The notes beneath the pieces are model-generated. The model was not told the origin of the DNA. It searched no databases and worked only from the letters and a program-made list of their open reading frames with translations. A stretch of DNA of 64,000 nucleotides from Lama guanicoe (Eukaryota). Of this stretch, positions 1 through 12,016 are shown piece after piece. Location of the stretch: assembly GCA_013239625.1 (NCBI GenBank), contig MU054391.1, positions 4,981,824-5,045,823 of the forward strand. Direction: 5' to 3'. The position numbers and the translations under genes were made by a program. Numbering within the stretch: position 1 is the first letter of the stretch; the number at the start of each line of letters is the position of its first letter.

Positions 1-106
1 GGCGGCGGGTGGGCTCGCCGTGCGGGGCCGGGCCCCCGCCGTTCTCGCCCAGCAAGCGCGGGTCTTCAGGGGCCGCCTGGCTTTCTGCATTTCTCATTTC
101 CAGGAC
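1..106 (-). CDS. KIDINS220: Exon ~29, truncated by window start: VLEMRNAESQAAPEDPRLLGENGGGPAPHGEPTRR
   Basis: Acceptor ttttttctgtgaag|GTC at 106; phase 0, in frame with the 1581-1679 exon. Confidence 0.95.
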
Positions 107-296
107 CTTCACAGAAAAAAAAAAAGAAGTCACAAGTCATAAATATCTATGCTAGCAAATCGCATTTTAGAAGCTTTAGAAGTTATTTTTAAAATAAAAC
201 ATAAGGTTATTATTATAATGGAAATGAGAACGCTTGCTTCCTGTGAGTTCTGAATAAACCTGTACTATGTCTGCTTGTCTTTTATCTGAATTAACA

Positions 297-484
297 CAGC
301 TGACCCTTGAACAGCGCAGGTCTGGGCCGTGCAGGTGCACCCACGCGCAGGTACTTCTCTCGCAAAGACCGCAGCACTTACTACCCGGTCTGGGGCTGCA
401 TGAAGCCGCAAACGCGGAGGAACCGCGGCTGCGGAGGGGTAAGTCATCAGCGGACCGAGCTCTGAGCTGTTCAAGGATCATCTG
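297..484 (+). mobile_element. Tigger1a-like non-autonomous TcMar DNA transposon
   Basis: Terminal inverted repeats cagctgacccttgaaca / tgttcaaggatcatctg followed by TA; homologous to the copy at 11766. Confidence 0.8.
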
Positions 485-494
485 TACTTAAGTA

Positions 495-811
495 CAGTCA
501 GACCCCCGGTACCCAGTGGTTCTGCACCTGCAGATTCAACCAATCACAGAGTGAAAATCTTTGGGAAAAGAATTCCAGAACGTTCCAAAAAGCAACACTT
601 GAATTTGCCACACACTGGCAACTATTAACACAGCACTTACACTGTATTAAGTATTATAAGTAATCTAGAGAGGATTTAACCTATACGAGAGGATGTGTGT
701 AGCTTACATACAAATACTATGCCATTTTAAGTAAGGAACTTGAGAATCCGAAGATTCTGGTACCCACAGGGGTCCTGGAACGAACCCCCTGCAGATCCTG
801 AAGGATGACTG
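495..811 (-). mobile_element. MER2/MER2B-like Tigger MITE
   Basis: Starts TA-cagtc, ends gatgactg; internal ggggtcctggaacgaaccccc and aagtaatctagag motifs resemble the recalled MER2 consensus. Confidence 0.75.
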
Positions 812-917
812 GAACAATCATCATATATATATATATTATATGCTAAATTGACTATTATGTTATTACTACTTTAGTCTAAAATTTAACTTAAGAACAAAAC
901 AAAATGCAACTGGAATG

Positions 918-1338
918 TATCAAAGAAAAGCAGAGCTGGACAGTAGCTAAAGCAGTAAAAGTGGATTTTAATCTGGATCTGTTGCAACGGGGGAAAACAG
1001 ACCTCAGGACAGAACTGGGCTCAATTCCAAAAGCAGCACGAGCACATGGTCATTTACAGCCAAGGCGGGCGTCAGGGGATGGGAAGTTGCTAGGAGGAAA
1101 CAGCAGGGGTTGGGGGGATTCTGGCTGGAGGCAGGCCAGGAGGTAAGACGTCGCTGGGGGCTGGGGGAGGGGGAGCGAGGGGTCTGATCAGACATTGAGG
1201 GTGAGGTTCCTTCTAAACTGACTTAACAGGATTCTTCCCACAACTGGGCAATACAGGCCCCACCAGGACAGACACCAAGTGCGAGGCCTAGGGGCTCAGA
1301 GGAGCCCGGCTGAGTGAGGTTGAGGAGAGTCTTTGTCA
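918..1338 (-). mobile_element. MER31-like ERV1 solo LTR
   Basis: Ends tcaaagaaaagcagagctggac and gagagtctttgtca; the latter is the reverse complement of the recalled MER31 start tgacaaagactctc. Confidence 0.7.
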
Positions 1339-1580
1339 ATGACAGCACAGAGGACTGGCAGGTGGCCTCGTTCCCAAATTTCCAAGTGAAATGCCCAAAA
1401 GGCAAATGTTGATAAGTACTGCTGTGTTCATTCTGCGTAACAGAATACACGAGAGTTGTACACATACATGTAAAATGTAAGTTTTTTTTAAATATGGGAA
1501 AATACCTGTTTAGACCAGTACTTACTGGCACTTGTTTAATATCATGTTGTAAATAATTCTACAAATATGAAATATCTTAC

Positions 1581-1679
1581 TGTGCTTCTAAAAAGATGCC
1601 AGTCTCCAAAATTCATATTCATTTCCTTCTTCAATTCATCAATGTTACACTGAGCCAACACACGGCCATTGATGTTCGC
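1581..1679 (-). CDS. KIDINS220: Exon ~28 (SAM-like domain): [33 protein letters not shown]
   Basis: ttcttcag|GCG ... ACA|gtaaga; 99 nt, phase 0-0. Confidence 0.98.
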
Positions 1680-3473
1680 CTGAAGAAAAACAAATCCAGG
1701 TACAAAGACAAACAAAATGTGAGAAACTCTGAATTATTAGTGGTTAAAATGTGTATTTATATGTAGTATTAAGAAAGTCACTAGAGACTAGAAAATACTG
1801 ACCTAAAGAAGGTTATCACCCCACGTACTAATGAATAAACAAGCAGAATCTGAAAACAGAAGCCACTCTGTACTTCTCCAAGTGTCATGGGCCCTTGAGG
1901 AAAATAAATCATTCTTCAGGGACCAGCCCAAGAGTTAATGCTCCCAACTATTTCCAAAACTACCTACTCTGCCATGAGCAGTAACAAACTCGTTAGCTCT
2001 TCTCCAGTCTCGTAAAATGCACACATGAAGGCAAGCTGCTGGGAGGGGACAGAGATGTCTGTCGGGGTGTCGGTCTCTGACAAAGTTCTAAATGAAGTAA
2101 GCGCTGAACAACTTGTGGATCAGACACATTAGATAACTTCAGGCATAAAGAATGTCCACCCACACATTTCCCGGTCTCTTAAACTCACAAGAAATGATCT
2201 TATCACTATGGGGCCTCTGTAATTCTAGTCTCTTCCAAGTAAGAAATGATGCAATTTTCTTTATTAATGACAGGTAGCTTCCTTATTATAGAAAATACAC
2301 AACCTGACCTTATGAACTGTGGTAAAATTACGGAATACCTGGGTTTAAGTTACTTCTGAAGGAAAAAAGTGTGCAGAGCAAGTCAGTGGCAGAGGTCCTG
2401 CTGTGGAAGGGCAGGAAGTTCGCGGCACCCGAGAGACCAGTTGCTACTGGGCTTCACACAGCCGGGGCCTGGGAGTGAAGAGCTCAGTGGGGAGAAAACC
2501 ACTGCCTGACGGAGACAAAGTCCCCACAGAGGATTCGCGTGGCAGACCTCATCCCAACTGACGCTAGTCAGGCTGCCTGGAGGGGAAGGCTAGGTGTGTG
2601 CCTTGGGAAGGTGGAGCCTGACAACTTTTGCAAACAGGGACTGACTAACTAGGTCTGAGAGAAAACTGCCATTAACCTTTCTGACTAGAGGTTAAGATTA
2701 GTAAAATGGCACATATGCTCATAATTCTTTCAAAAACTTTTTAGATGCCATTCTTTCAAGTATGTACACACTGGGGGCTTGTTCTTAACGTTCTATTTCA
2801 CTGTATCTCTGACAGGAAAAGTGTAACTGACTTAGTGGAAATTTTAATTCTATCTATTAAAACTGGGACTCAGTTAGCCCTGTACATGGAAAGGCTTCCT
2901 CGAAATCCCAGGTTTGTGGTGGCTACTGGAATTGCAAGAATCAGATCTAGGCAGAAATAAAACTCCCCAGATGTGTTAGCCGTGCAAACCCAAACTCGGA
3001 GGGACCATCAGAAGGGACACGATCAGAAGTCTTATAAGACATGAAAGGGAGAATCTGAGGAAAATAAAGCCAAGTGTGGTTTACCTGGATAACTACTGAG
3101 TCACAAATCCTGTAATTAAAGAAAATGTAACATAAAATAAATGGCCTTCAAATGTTCTATGCTGCATACTGGGAATATGAGCTACTGTTCATGTAAATGT
3201 GAAGTCCTCATCAAAGCATGTTTTACTTATATGAGGTCATTTGAAAGTAACATTGTAATACAATCATTTTATTTTCTTTTATCCATTTATAAACTAAGGG
3301 GTAAAAGGGCAATTGTAGGGTACAAATGGTAAGAAACCTATTTCCGTTTGGAGCCTTCCCATTTCAACAGAGAACTCATCTTCAAGAAGCTAGGTGCAAA
3401 GCGTGCACCGTCACAGGCCCGTCTCCTGCACCCTCAGCCCTGCCTCGAGTCAGCACGTACACACGCTGGTCAC

Positions 3474-3605
3474 CTTTTTGATGGTCGCACAGTACTGAGG
3501 CAGCATGCTCTGGTCCAGCCCCTCTATTTGTTTCAGTTTCTCACAAACTGCATCCACATTCATTGAATTCAGTGATGAAACTGTTCCTGAGGCTGGGCCT
3601 GGCCC
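3474..3605 (-). CDS. KIDINS220: Exon ~27 (SAM-like domain start): GPGPASGTVSSLNSMNVDAVCEKLKQIEGLDQSMLPQYCATIKK
   Basis: gatctag|GGG ... AAG|gtgacc; 132 nt, phase 0-0. Confidence 0.97.
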
Positions 3606-5249
3606 CTAGATCAGTCATGGAAAAATACAAGCATGAACAGCATCAATACCAGATATATGCAGTCATGTGACAGAGAAACATTCATGAAGTGACCCTGCGA
3701 AGTACTGTGATTAACAGTGCATTTTTCAAACAAAAGTACAAACAGCGAATGTGCGTGGTATGAGGAAATGTCATCAGGGAACAGATTCTGCTACTATTAT
3801 ACCTTAAGGAGTATCTACAGCAGATACAGCCTGGTCAACTCTGCGTTTCTAAGAAGACAGAACATTCCACGAACCAAGCCTAGATCAACTTCAAGAGAGC
3901 CTAACCTCAAGAGAGAAGGGCGCAGCCCTTGTGACAGAAGGACGGGGGTTAAAAAAAGGAACGGGGGGATTACTGATGCCTACATTACAAAAACACAAAA
4001 GGTAAATCTATGAAATAATTTTAAAAGTGTCTATACTAAACAGCTTCAAATTTCTTTCCAGACTACCTTAACAGTCTACGACAGCTGAAGCTTTCCAATC
4101 TTGAACATATTCTGTATCTTCCCCCTAAGAATTTCTGTACAATATCTTGTAAATACAAAACCGCAGTATTACTTCTTAACACAAGTGGAAGTTCGTACAA
4201 TCCACTAAAATTTAAAAGAAAAGTCAAAACAATAAATCTAAATTTACTTAGAAGAAAACATTTTCTCAATGTGCTGACACACTAAAGAAGTATCTGCCTT
4301 GTGGCCAATTATATCTGAATCTCCTCAACTACAGATGTGGACACTGAGGGCCAGAGAGCTTAAGTTTTGACTTCAAAGTCACAAAATAAATAGCTAGTTA
4401 GTGACAGATTTGGATCTGAGCCCTAACTCGTCAGGTCTCACAACTTCCTAGGGTCTTTGCTCCAACTGCCTATTTCTAAAGAGCTACAGAAACTGTAACC
4501 TCACTAAAGAGAAGACAAACCAACCCGGATAGAGGAGAATGTGCCAAATGATCTGTCTCATTTACCATTCAATCTAGTCTTAAAATGATAAAGACAATTT
4601 ATCTTGTCCTCAAGGATGTATAAATTTATATTTTCTACTGCCTCTTTTATAATTATCAGGACAAAAGCAGACTGTAATAGCCAAAACTGCCTGTTAGCTC
4701 TTTGTTATACATCATCTGTAACACAAAAGTATAACCTAATACTCTATTGTGAGCTGACAAGTAAATATACACACACAATATACACACAGAATACGTCTAT
4801 ACTATATAGAAACATAAATACAGCTGGGGGGGACCATATTGAACAGATAGTTGGGGTAGGAATTTTATGAGGGAGTCTCAGTAAGTTTCCAAGTATAAGA
4901 CAGTCTCAAAACAATCTGTAAATTAATGACTTGGAACATACTGCACCAAACACATTTACTTACAGTTTTTTTTAATTAAGTGTAAATTTAAAATATGCCA
5001 TATTTTACATGGTCTGAAGTTCAATTACTTTAAAAATACTAACAGCCAAACACCAGTATTTCCATAATTTAGTTTTTGTGCTTCTATACATAGTTCTGTT
5101 TCCTGCCTGGGCGAGTACAGGCAATATTCAAAGCATTAATTACCACCGTCTACTATGGAAATTTAAAATGCTTTCTATGAATTTTTAATACCCATATTTG
5201 TATTATTTTCCCCTCCCTCCCTCCCTTGTTTCCTTCCTTCTTCAGAAGT

Positions 5250-5510
5250 ATTCAGTCATAAGAGACAAGGAAAGACTGAAGAATTGTCACAGATTACGGA
5301 ACTCTAAGGAGAAATAACTAAACACAACTGGATTGGATCCTGGACCTAAAATTGACATTAGTGGAAAAACTGGTCAGATTCAAATAAAGTATTATGCCAG
5401 TCATAATTTCTGCTCTTGAGAAATACACTACAATTAGGAAAATGTTAAACATTAAGGGAATACTATTTTTGTGCCTTTTAAGTCTAAAATTATTTTAACG
5501 TTAAAAAACA
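5250..5510 (+). mobile_element. Old L1MC-type 3' end fragment
   Basis: agacaaggaaagactgaagaattg and ggatcctggac...gacattagtggaaaaactgg motifs; boundaries approximate. Confidence 0.55.
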
Positions 5511-6690
5511 GGGTTTTTTTTTTTTACAGAAAAATTCTATTTCTGATTGTGCTAAAAAGGACAAGTAAAACGGACACGGAACAGATTAACTGTCTGCGGT
5601 GGGGGGAGGCAGGTGTAAAATGTTAGAGTATCTTAAAGGCAACCTGGGAACTCACAACAGAGACGTATTAATAAAGTTACTACTCTTTCCCTTTAAAGAA
5701 AAAACTCCACATTATTTTACTTTCACGATCCTTTAAAACTTTCACAATTTATCATTAAAAAAATATTCTGTCCCTCATTGGGGATTATGTAGAAAACATA
5801 GATTATCTCTGAATGACTTTTAGAAGCTTTATAAGACAGACACACATATGGACCAAAGATCCCTGTAATTCCATCAAAACTATAGTCTGACTCGATTATT
5901 TAGAGTTAGGCTCTATCAAGATCAGTGGTAAATTATCAATAAATTAAAATACATTACAATATGCCTCTTTGAAAAAGGGAAATGCTAATTACCTGCTAGG
6001 TCTTTTCTAAAATAATCACATACAATAAAATTATTCTGAAACCAAATGAAGCTTAGTAATCAAAATCATAATCTTTGGATGGACATCTCATAAAAAGGAG
6101 GAGAAAGAGTACAAAAGTGATAAGGAAAAAGCATATTCAGTAATTCAGTATGTAAATTCTTAATAGAAATCTAATTGCATTACTTAGACAACATACAGAA
6201 TGCTAATACTTTAAAGTTTGCCATGCATTCATACTTGAAATTCACCTTTTACAAGTCAAGAACAGATCATTTCAGGATACATCACAATTTAAAAAAATTT
6301 TTTTTTCTGACACAGAAAACTGAATGCACATGTTAGTTTGTTTAAACTGTTAAATATAAACTTCAAAATACACACAAATCAGAATTCCTCCAGGTAAAAG
6401 TAAAGCTACCAAAACAGATTTAAATTACTTTGATGTAACTATATGATTTTATATTGTAAGTAGATTAAAACTACACTCTGAAACATCATCTTTGGTAAAT
6501 TTATTAAATAAGCTTAGAACTGATTAGCCAGAAATGAGAGCCATGCAAAGGCTGAAAGCAGCTATTAAAATAAACCCGAGGCACTGAAATGAGCACAGAT
6601 TATGAACAGCCCAGCATGACGCTGCCAATGATTGCTTCTAATAGTCTAAAATAAGAAAAGCGAGTAAGATTTCACTGAAAGTTTCTGTAC

Positions 6691-6723
6691 CTGTCTCTGT
6701 TTGTTAAACCCAGAGTCACACGG
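6691..6723 (-). CDS. KIDINS220: 33-nt alternative microexon PCDSGFNKQRQ
   Basis: ttattccttccttaag|CCG ... CAG|gtacag; phase 0-0; peptide matches a recalled rodent Kidins220 isoform insert. Confidence 0.88.
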
Positions 6724-7937
6724 CTTAAGGAAGGAATAAAACAGAATGAAGGACACGAGCTTAAAGTACACATCAAATACACGTATATAATAAGCACTTC
6801 TGTTATTCCTCTTATTTTCCTGTAACTCTGAACACACCACCTCCACAGCAACACAAAGCAAGGAGCACTCACACGCTCACACTCTGACACACACACACAC
6901 AGTAGTTTAATTTCATTAACACGTGTTTGGCAATTTTAAAATTGTACTCTTGCAACTTTATATTCTATCAAAAGAATAAATCATGGGCCATACATTCAAC
7001 AAGAAAACTACATAAATCAAATTTGCTACGGAAAGTCAATATTCATACTACATACAAGATTAAAATTTTTAAATATTATGCTAAAAAACTGCAACTATTA
7101 ATTGCAGACCAACTTACTACTCGAACTTCACACGATCCCTTCGTAAAATAAAATATTATCTAGCCACACTAATGTTCAGAAATACACTTTTCAAATTTGG
7201 GTTTTGTGTCACTGAGCATGGACCACATAACAGATGCGCTAAAATATCATCTGAGAAGAAAGGCCGTAAGAGCTTTGTAGCTCAAGAAATCATGAATGTA
7301 ACAGTGGGAAATATGTGCACACTATGAGTTAACTGTTTTACGGATGTAGGTCTTTAAACTCTAATTCAAAGCAGACACACTGCTATTAATTATTCTTCTA
7401 TACCAATTAGGTCGGTTGGTAAATATTCTTAAAATAGTTAAAATAATCTAGAGATAACTGACAATACTGAGTCAAAGTTAATTCACAATATTTTTCTTTT
7501 AAAATATTCATTACCTGGAGAACTTCATGGGAACCCTGTTTTCTAGTTTACATATCAACCTCAACATAAGTAATTTTTTTAGAAAGTTACTATGTATATC
7601 TACGGAGACTTGAAAAAGTACCAAAAAGGAATGCTAGTGAAATTAGTTTACTACAAGATATCCAAAACATAAAAGAAAGCTATTGTTACCTGGTTGGAAA
7701 ATGTAACCTACTCTTTAAACTACGGGAGGAATAATAATCAGGTCAAAGTTGACACGAGGTTTAACACCACATTTAAAGGGCAATCTTTCAAAAGCCCCAA
7801 GTACAAAGTATAATTTCGTTATTTTTTAACTTTTAAGTGTACTCTGGGATTTCAATGATATCATTAGTGCAGTATCATATTTCTTCCACAATATCTCAAT
7901 TTAGCTGCAGTTTCTTGTTTAGGAAAAAAGTTTTCTT

Positions 7938-8117
7938 GGAGAGAGGGTATACAGCTTAGCGGTAGAGCACAAGCTTAGAAGCGTGCACGAGGTCCTGGGT
8001 TCAATCCCCAGCACCTCCATTAACATAAACAAATAAATAAATGAACAAACAAATAAATAAGCCCAATCCACCACCCCCTGCCAAAAAAGGCCTGAAAAAA
8101 TTAAAACAGAATTTTTT
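7938..8117 (+). mobile_element. tRNA-Ala-derived SINE (camelid vic-1 type)
   Basis: A-box cagcttagcggtagagc, B-box gggttcaatccc, A-rich tail; perfect 12-bp target-site duplication aaaagttttctt at 7926-7937 and 8118-8129. Confidence 0.9.
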
Positions 8118-8378
8118 AAAAGTTTTCTTAAGCTGAAGCCTGACACAAAGACTTCGAAGCTGGACGTGAATATAATTTTTCACCGTATTATTAATAAAGA
8201 AAAACATGTGACTACGTTTCCAAATTGAAACAGAATAATAAAAATGCACTCCTAAAGTGCTTTAGAAACCATGAAGGAACCTCCTGAGAGAGGTGCTGAC
8301 TGCTGATGAGGAGGCCTGGTCCTACGCCTGCGGTCTAAACGGCCCTGACCGCCCCCCTTGACCCCCCCACCCCCGCCC

Positions 8379-8411
8379 CGGCATCTATAACTTTCTCGTC
8401 CAGGTCTGCTC
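8379..8411 (-). pseudogene. KIDINS220: Probable decayed cassette exon reading EQTWTRKL*MP
   Basis: Intact acceptor gtcactcag|GAG; resembles recalled mouse EKSWTRKQLME at the expected position; in-frame TAG at 8387-8385 and no GT after 33 nt. Confidence 0.6.
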
Positions 8412-10272
8412 CTGAGTGACAGACAGCTGGATGTGGACAAATATTTGTCTGAAAACAGGTTACAAGTTCTAAACCTTGGGTGGAAATAAAAATGATCTAC
8501 AGTTGAGTCTCATCTTTTTTTTTTTTTTGACTTTTCACTTGATCACTCCAGCAAACGGAGCCAGTTTAATGAAAACCAAGATCTTCCTTTTTAATACTTT
8601 AATTTGGTAATTGCATCAATTTCTAAAAGTCAAAGTGACAGTACAGTGGACAGCAGGATACTTACTGATACCAGCACTGTCTTTGCAATTCCCAAGCTCC
8701 TTACAATTAAACTTTGTGCTAATTCTGTTCCTGCCTTTTCAAAGCGGTAGAAAGGTGATCTAAACAAAGCTATCTACGGAGGAAGCCCTGTGGCAGAGAA
8801 GGTGGAGAAAGAAGGACTTGGCAGCTCTGCAAATTCCCATGTGGCAGCCTTCAAATCCACAGGCTCCCCGAGGGCAGGATGCTCACCATTCTGTTCACCG
8901 CCACATCCCACATAATAGCGCCTCAATAAACTCTGTGAACCAGTGAAAGGCACACAGGCATCTGATGCTAAATCATTCAAGGAAGAAGAAAAGGGTAAAG
9001 AAATGCTCTATCACTCCTTCCTCTGAAAAAATGCTTTGCAATGAAACACAGGTCCCACCGTGAGCAGCACACCTCAAGTAAACATAGACTGAATACAATA
9101 CTCGTAAGAGCAACTCTTTGAAATACCGTAACAAAACGCCACCGAGGAGACCTGGCTCGAGACAGGCCCTCCTCAGCGGGCCCCTCCCTGCACGGTCACA
9201 GAAGGAGCTGATACCGCCACCTCCTAGTGGGACCTGGACTGGAGGAAGGTAAAGGCGTCAAGTAAAATTCCCCTGGAACGCTTTCAAAATTGTAAAGTAT
9301 TGGGGGCATTCACATAACCTAGAAATCCTTCTAAAGCCTAGAAAACAAACTGACTGACACCTCTCGGGCCTTAGAGAAGCATCAACAGATAAAAGGAGTA
9401 TCTGGACACTGAGCCGCCTCTGATGAGAAGAGGTCATTTAACACAGAACAGTTTCAGTTTCCGAGTCTTAAAGCTCCATGGACTCTGGCCTTTGGGGCAG
9501 TAAAGCAGTTATTATTATGTACTTAAAGTAAGAAAGCTAAGGCTGAGTGATCTTTAAATCAGACCTCGGAAGCAGGTCTGCTTTTCCCAGATGAGGAAGT
9601 TCAGCATCAGCGAGGTTACGTGGTTTCTCCAAGGCAAAGAGACAGGGCCCATTCAACATGAAAGACCAGACGCACGACTGAGCCATGCGCCGCGGAGAAG
9701 GCAGCAGGGCGCCGAGGAGCGTGCTGGGCTCCCGCTCTGCACCCGCTGCCCCCCTCCCGGGGCCTCAGGGAAGTCTCGCGCGTCCATCAGCACTGTGGCA
9801 CTGGGCTAGACCATGGGTACCAGCGCTCCCGAGGATCCTCCAGAAGGAAGGCAAGTCCAACGTGGGAGCCAGAGTTTTTACTTTTATTGGTTTTATAAAC
9901 TGGAGTTCTGATTAAGACTTCATTTCTCAAACAGGCTTCTCTGCTTTGAAAGTTTGAAAACACTAGCCCTTTCTAGCTTGAATATTCTGGGGATTATCTT
10001 GGGTCCAATGTTAATGTTTCTTTCAGTTCTACAAGATTTGGCAGATACTTTCTCTATTATAAAATTATAGGGGGAAGAGCTAGCAAAGAGGCTTACATTT
10101 TGCATCTTCACCTTTGTGAAACACTTGGACGTATAATTTATCTGACTGGTCCCTGGCTGGCCTTGGCAAGTCATGATCATCACAACATTCCTTAATGTGA
10201 GAAACCCAATTATTTTCATCAGGATCTGCTTGATAAAGGGTTATGAGAGATTCCTCGGGATCACCTATACTG

Positions 10273-10312
10273 AAAAGACCATAGAGAGTCCACCAACTCT
10301 CTATGGTCTTTT
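10273..10312. repeat. Perfect 17-bp inverted repeat with 6-nt loop
   Basis: aaaagaccatagagagt-ccacca-actctctatggtctttt. Confidence 0.95.
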
Positions 10313-11765
10313 TTGGAGTTGTTTTTTTTTAAACCCATTGTTCTGTGTCCATAATGACAAAACAAGTTGTCCAAAAAGGTTTGTGCAGCTCTTTACTTTT
10401 CTATAAGCAGCTCTTGCCACCAAGCATTACATACAGGGGATAGCTGAGTGAGCACAGGTGACTGTGACTCAGTCCGCAGTCCTGTTATCTCAGGAATTAC
10501 ACAGAATTTTCTGCCACAGGACTGGAAAGCCACATGAGCTGTGAAGGGCTAAATAATTTTTATATTAGCTACTTCTGTGTTGGTTCAGCTACAAAGAGCC
10601 CATGCAATGATCCCATATAGAGATCCTTCACCACATGTCCACCACTGCTTTTAATATGGCTTTGAGCTAAGTGTCTACTTGAGCTTGTCACTACGAAGTA
10701 AATTTTACACGCTACCGTCATTGTTAATTTCTTAAAAGCAAAGAAAGCTTGGGAAGCAGCTATTATTCACTAAGCAGATTACAAAACTATCTTTTAATAT
10801 TAAAAGAACAACAAGTAGTATGGTTATTTTACCAAAGGCACTAATACAATAGGAACTGCATCTTAAGAACAGCATTATTTCCCCTTCTCCAAAAACTCAT
10901 TTTAAAATTTGCCTGATGCGCCTTCACTGGTCCCTGAAGTTACAGACACCTTCTCATCACAAGTGTTTGCCCACATTCTTGAGCATGGGAGCAACTACTA
11001 TTTCATCACATTTCTGTCTTTAAGACCATCCAGTTTTTCACAGTATCTGATTTTCTTCAAAAGTTTGCTGAGGAACTTTAGCTCAGAGAATTGCATTGCA
11101 TCCATGAATCTATATATTAAAGGCTTTCTGCCTAAACTAAAAGTAATTCTTGCATATACAGTGGCAACGTCCATGGACTAAAGTTTCCCCAACACCCAAA
11201 CAGAATTATTATGGTGCATTGTGTCTGTCACTCATGGATAAATGAAGTCACTCAAACACTTCAGCTAAAATGTTAGTGACTTAAAAAGACCCAACAGCTC
11301 CTCAGTGAAAACGCCAAAATGCTTCTCTTTCTATCTCACTAACATTAACTCAAAGAAAATTAAACTATTGCTTATTTAAATGCATGTTTTAAGTTAAAAA
11401 TTATGGGTAACTCAGGATGCAGTATTTCACCAAATTAATTCTAACTGCTATGCCTCATTTCTTTAGATTAAATTGATCATGTTTACATGGGCATAACTTT
11501 CTGCAAATAAATTGACAGGGCTTAAAATACAAACTGGGTTCTTAAATTCCACATTGAGTGAATAAAGATTTGAAGGTTCATCACATTTTAATGCATTTCT
11601 CATTAAGTACAAAGCCTTGAATAATAAATACACAAAGTGACTTCCTATAAAGGTTTGTTTTTTAAAGAAACCCACCCTAAGTTGTTGAGGGGAAAATAGT
11701 TTTAAATAATTCCCTTTACAAGCTGAATTAGCTCTGTTTATCTGGAAATTTTATTTTAATAAATA

Positions 11766-12016
11766 CAGTTTACCCTTGAACAACATAGGTTTGAACTGTG
11801 TGGGTCCACTTACACACAGATTTTTTTTGACAGTAAACACGACAGGACCGCATGACCTGCAGGTGGCTGAATGCGAAGACGTGGAACCACAGACAAGGAG
11901 GACCCACTTACCTGGCGGGCTGACTCCAAGTCACAGTATCGATTTTAGACTGCTAGGGTTTTAGGCTGCTAGGATTGTCAGCGCCCCTAACTCCTGCCCT
12001 GTTCAAGGGTCAACTG
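11766..12016 (+). mobile_element. Tigger1a-like non-autonomous DNA transposon, complete
   Basis: TA|cagtttacccttgaacaac ... tgttcaagggtcaactg|TA; terminal inverted repeats and TA duplication. Confidence 0.9.

Noticed and set aside
4066..4111. cag|...AAG|gtagtc exon-like segment
   Set aside because: Weak polypyrimidine tract, stop codon in the required frame and no recalled homologue
9212..9231. Other CTCF-like partial matches (also near 20150 and 34650)
   Set aside because: Mismatches at key core positions; I noticed no supporting upstream motif
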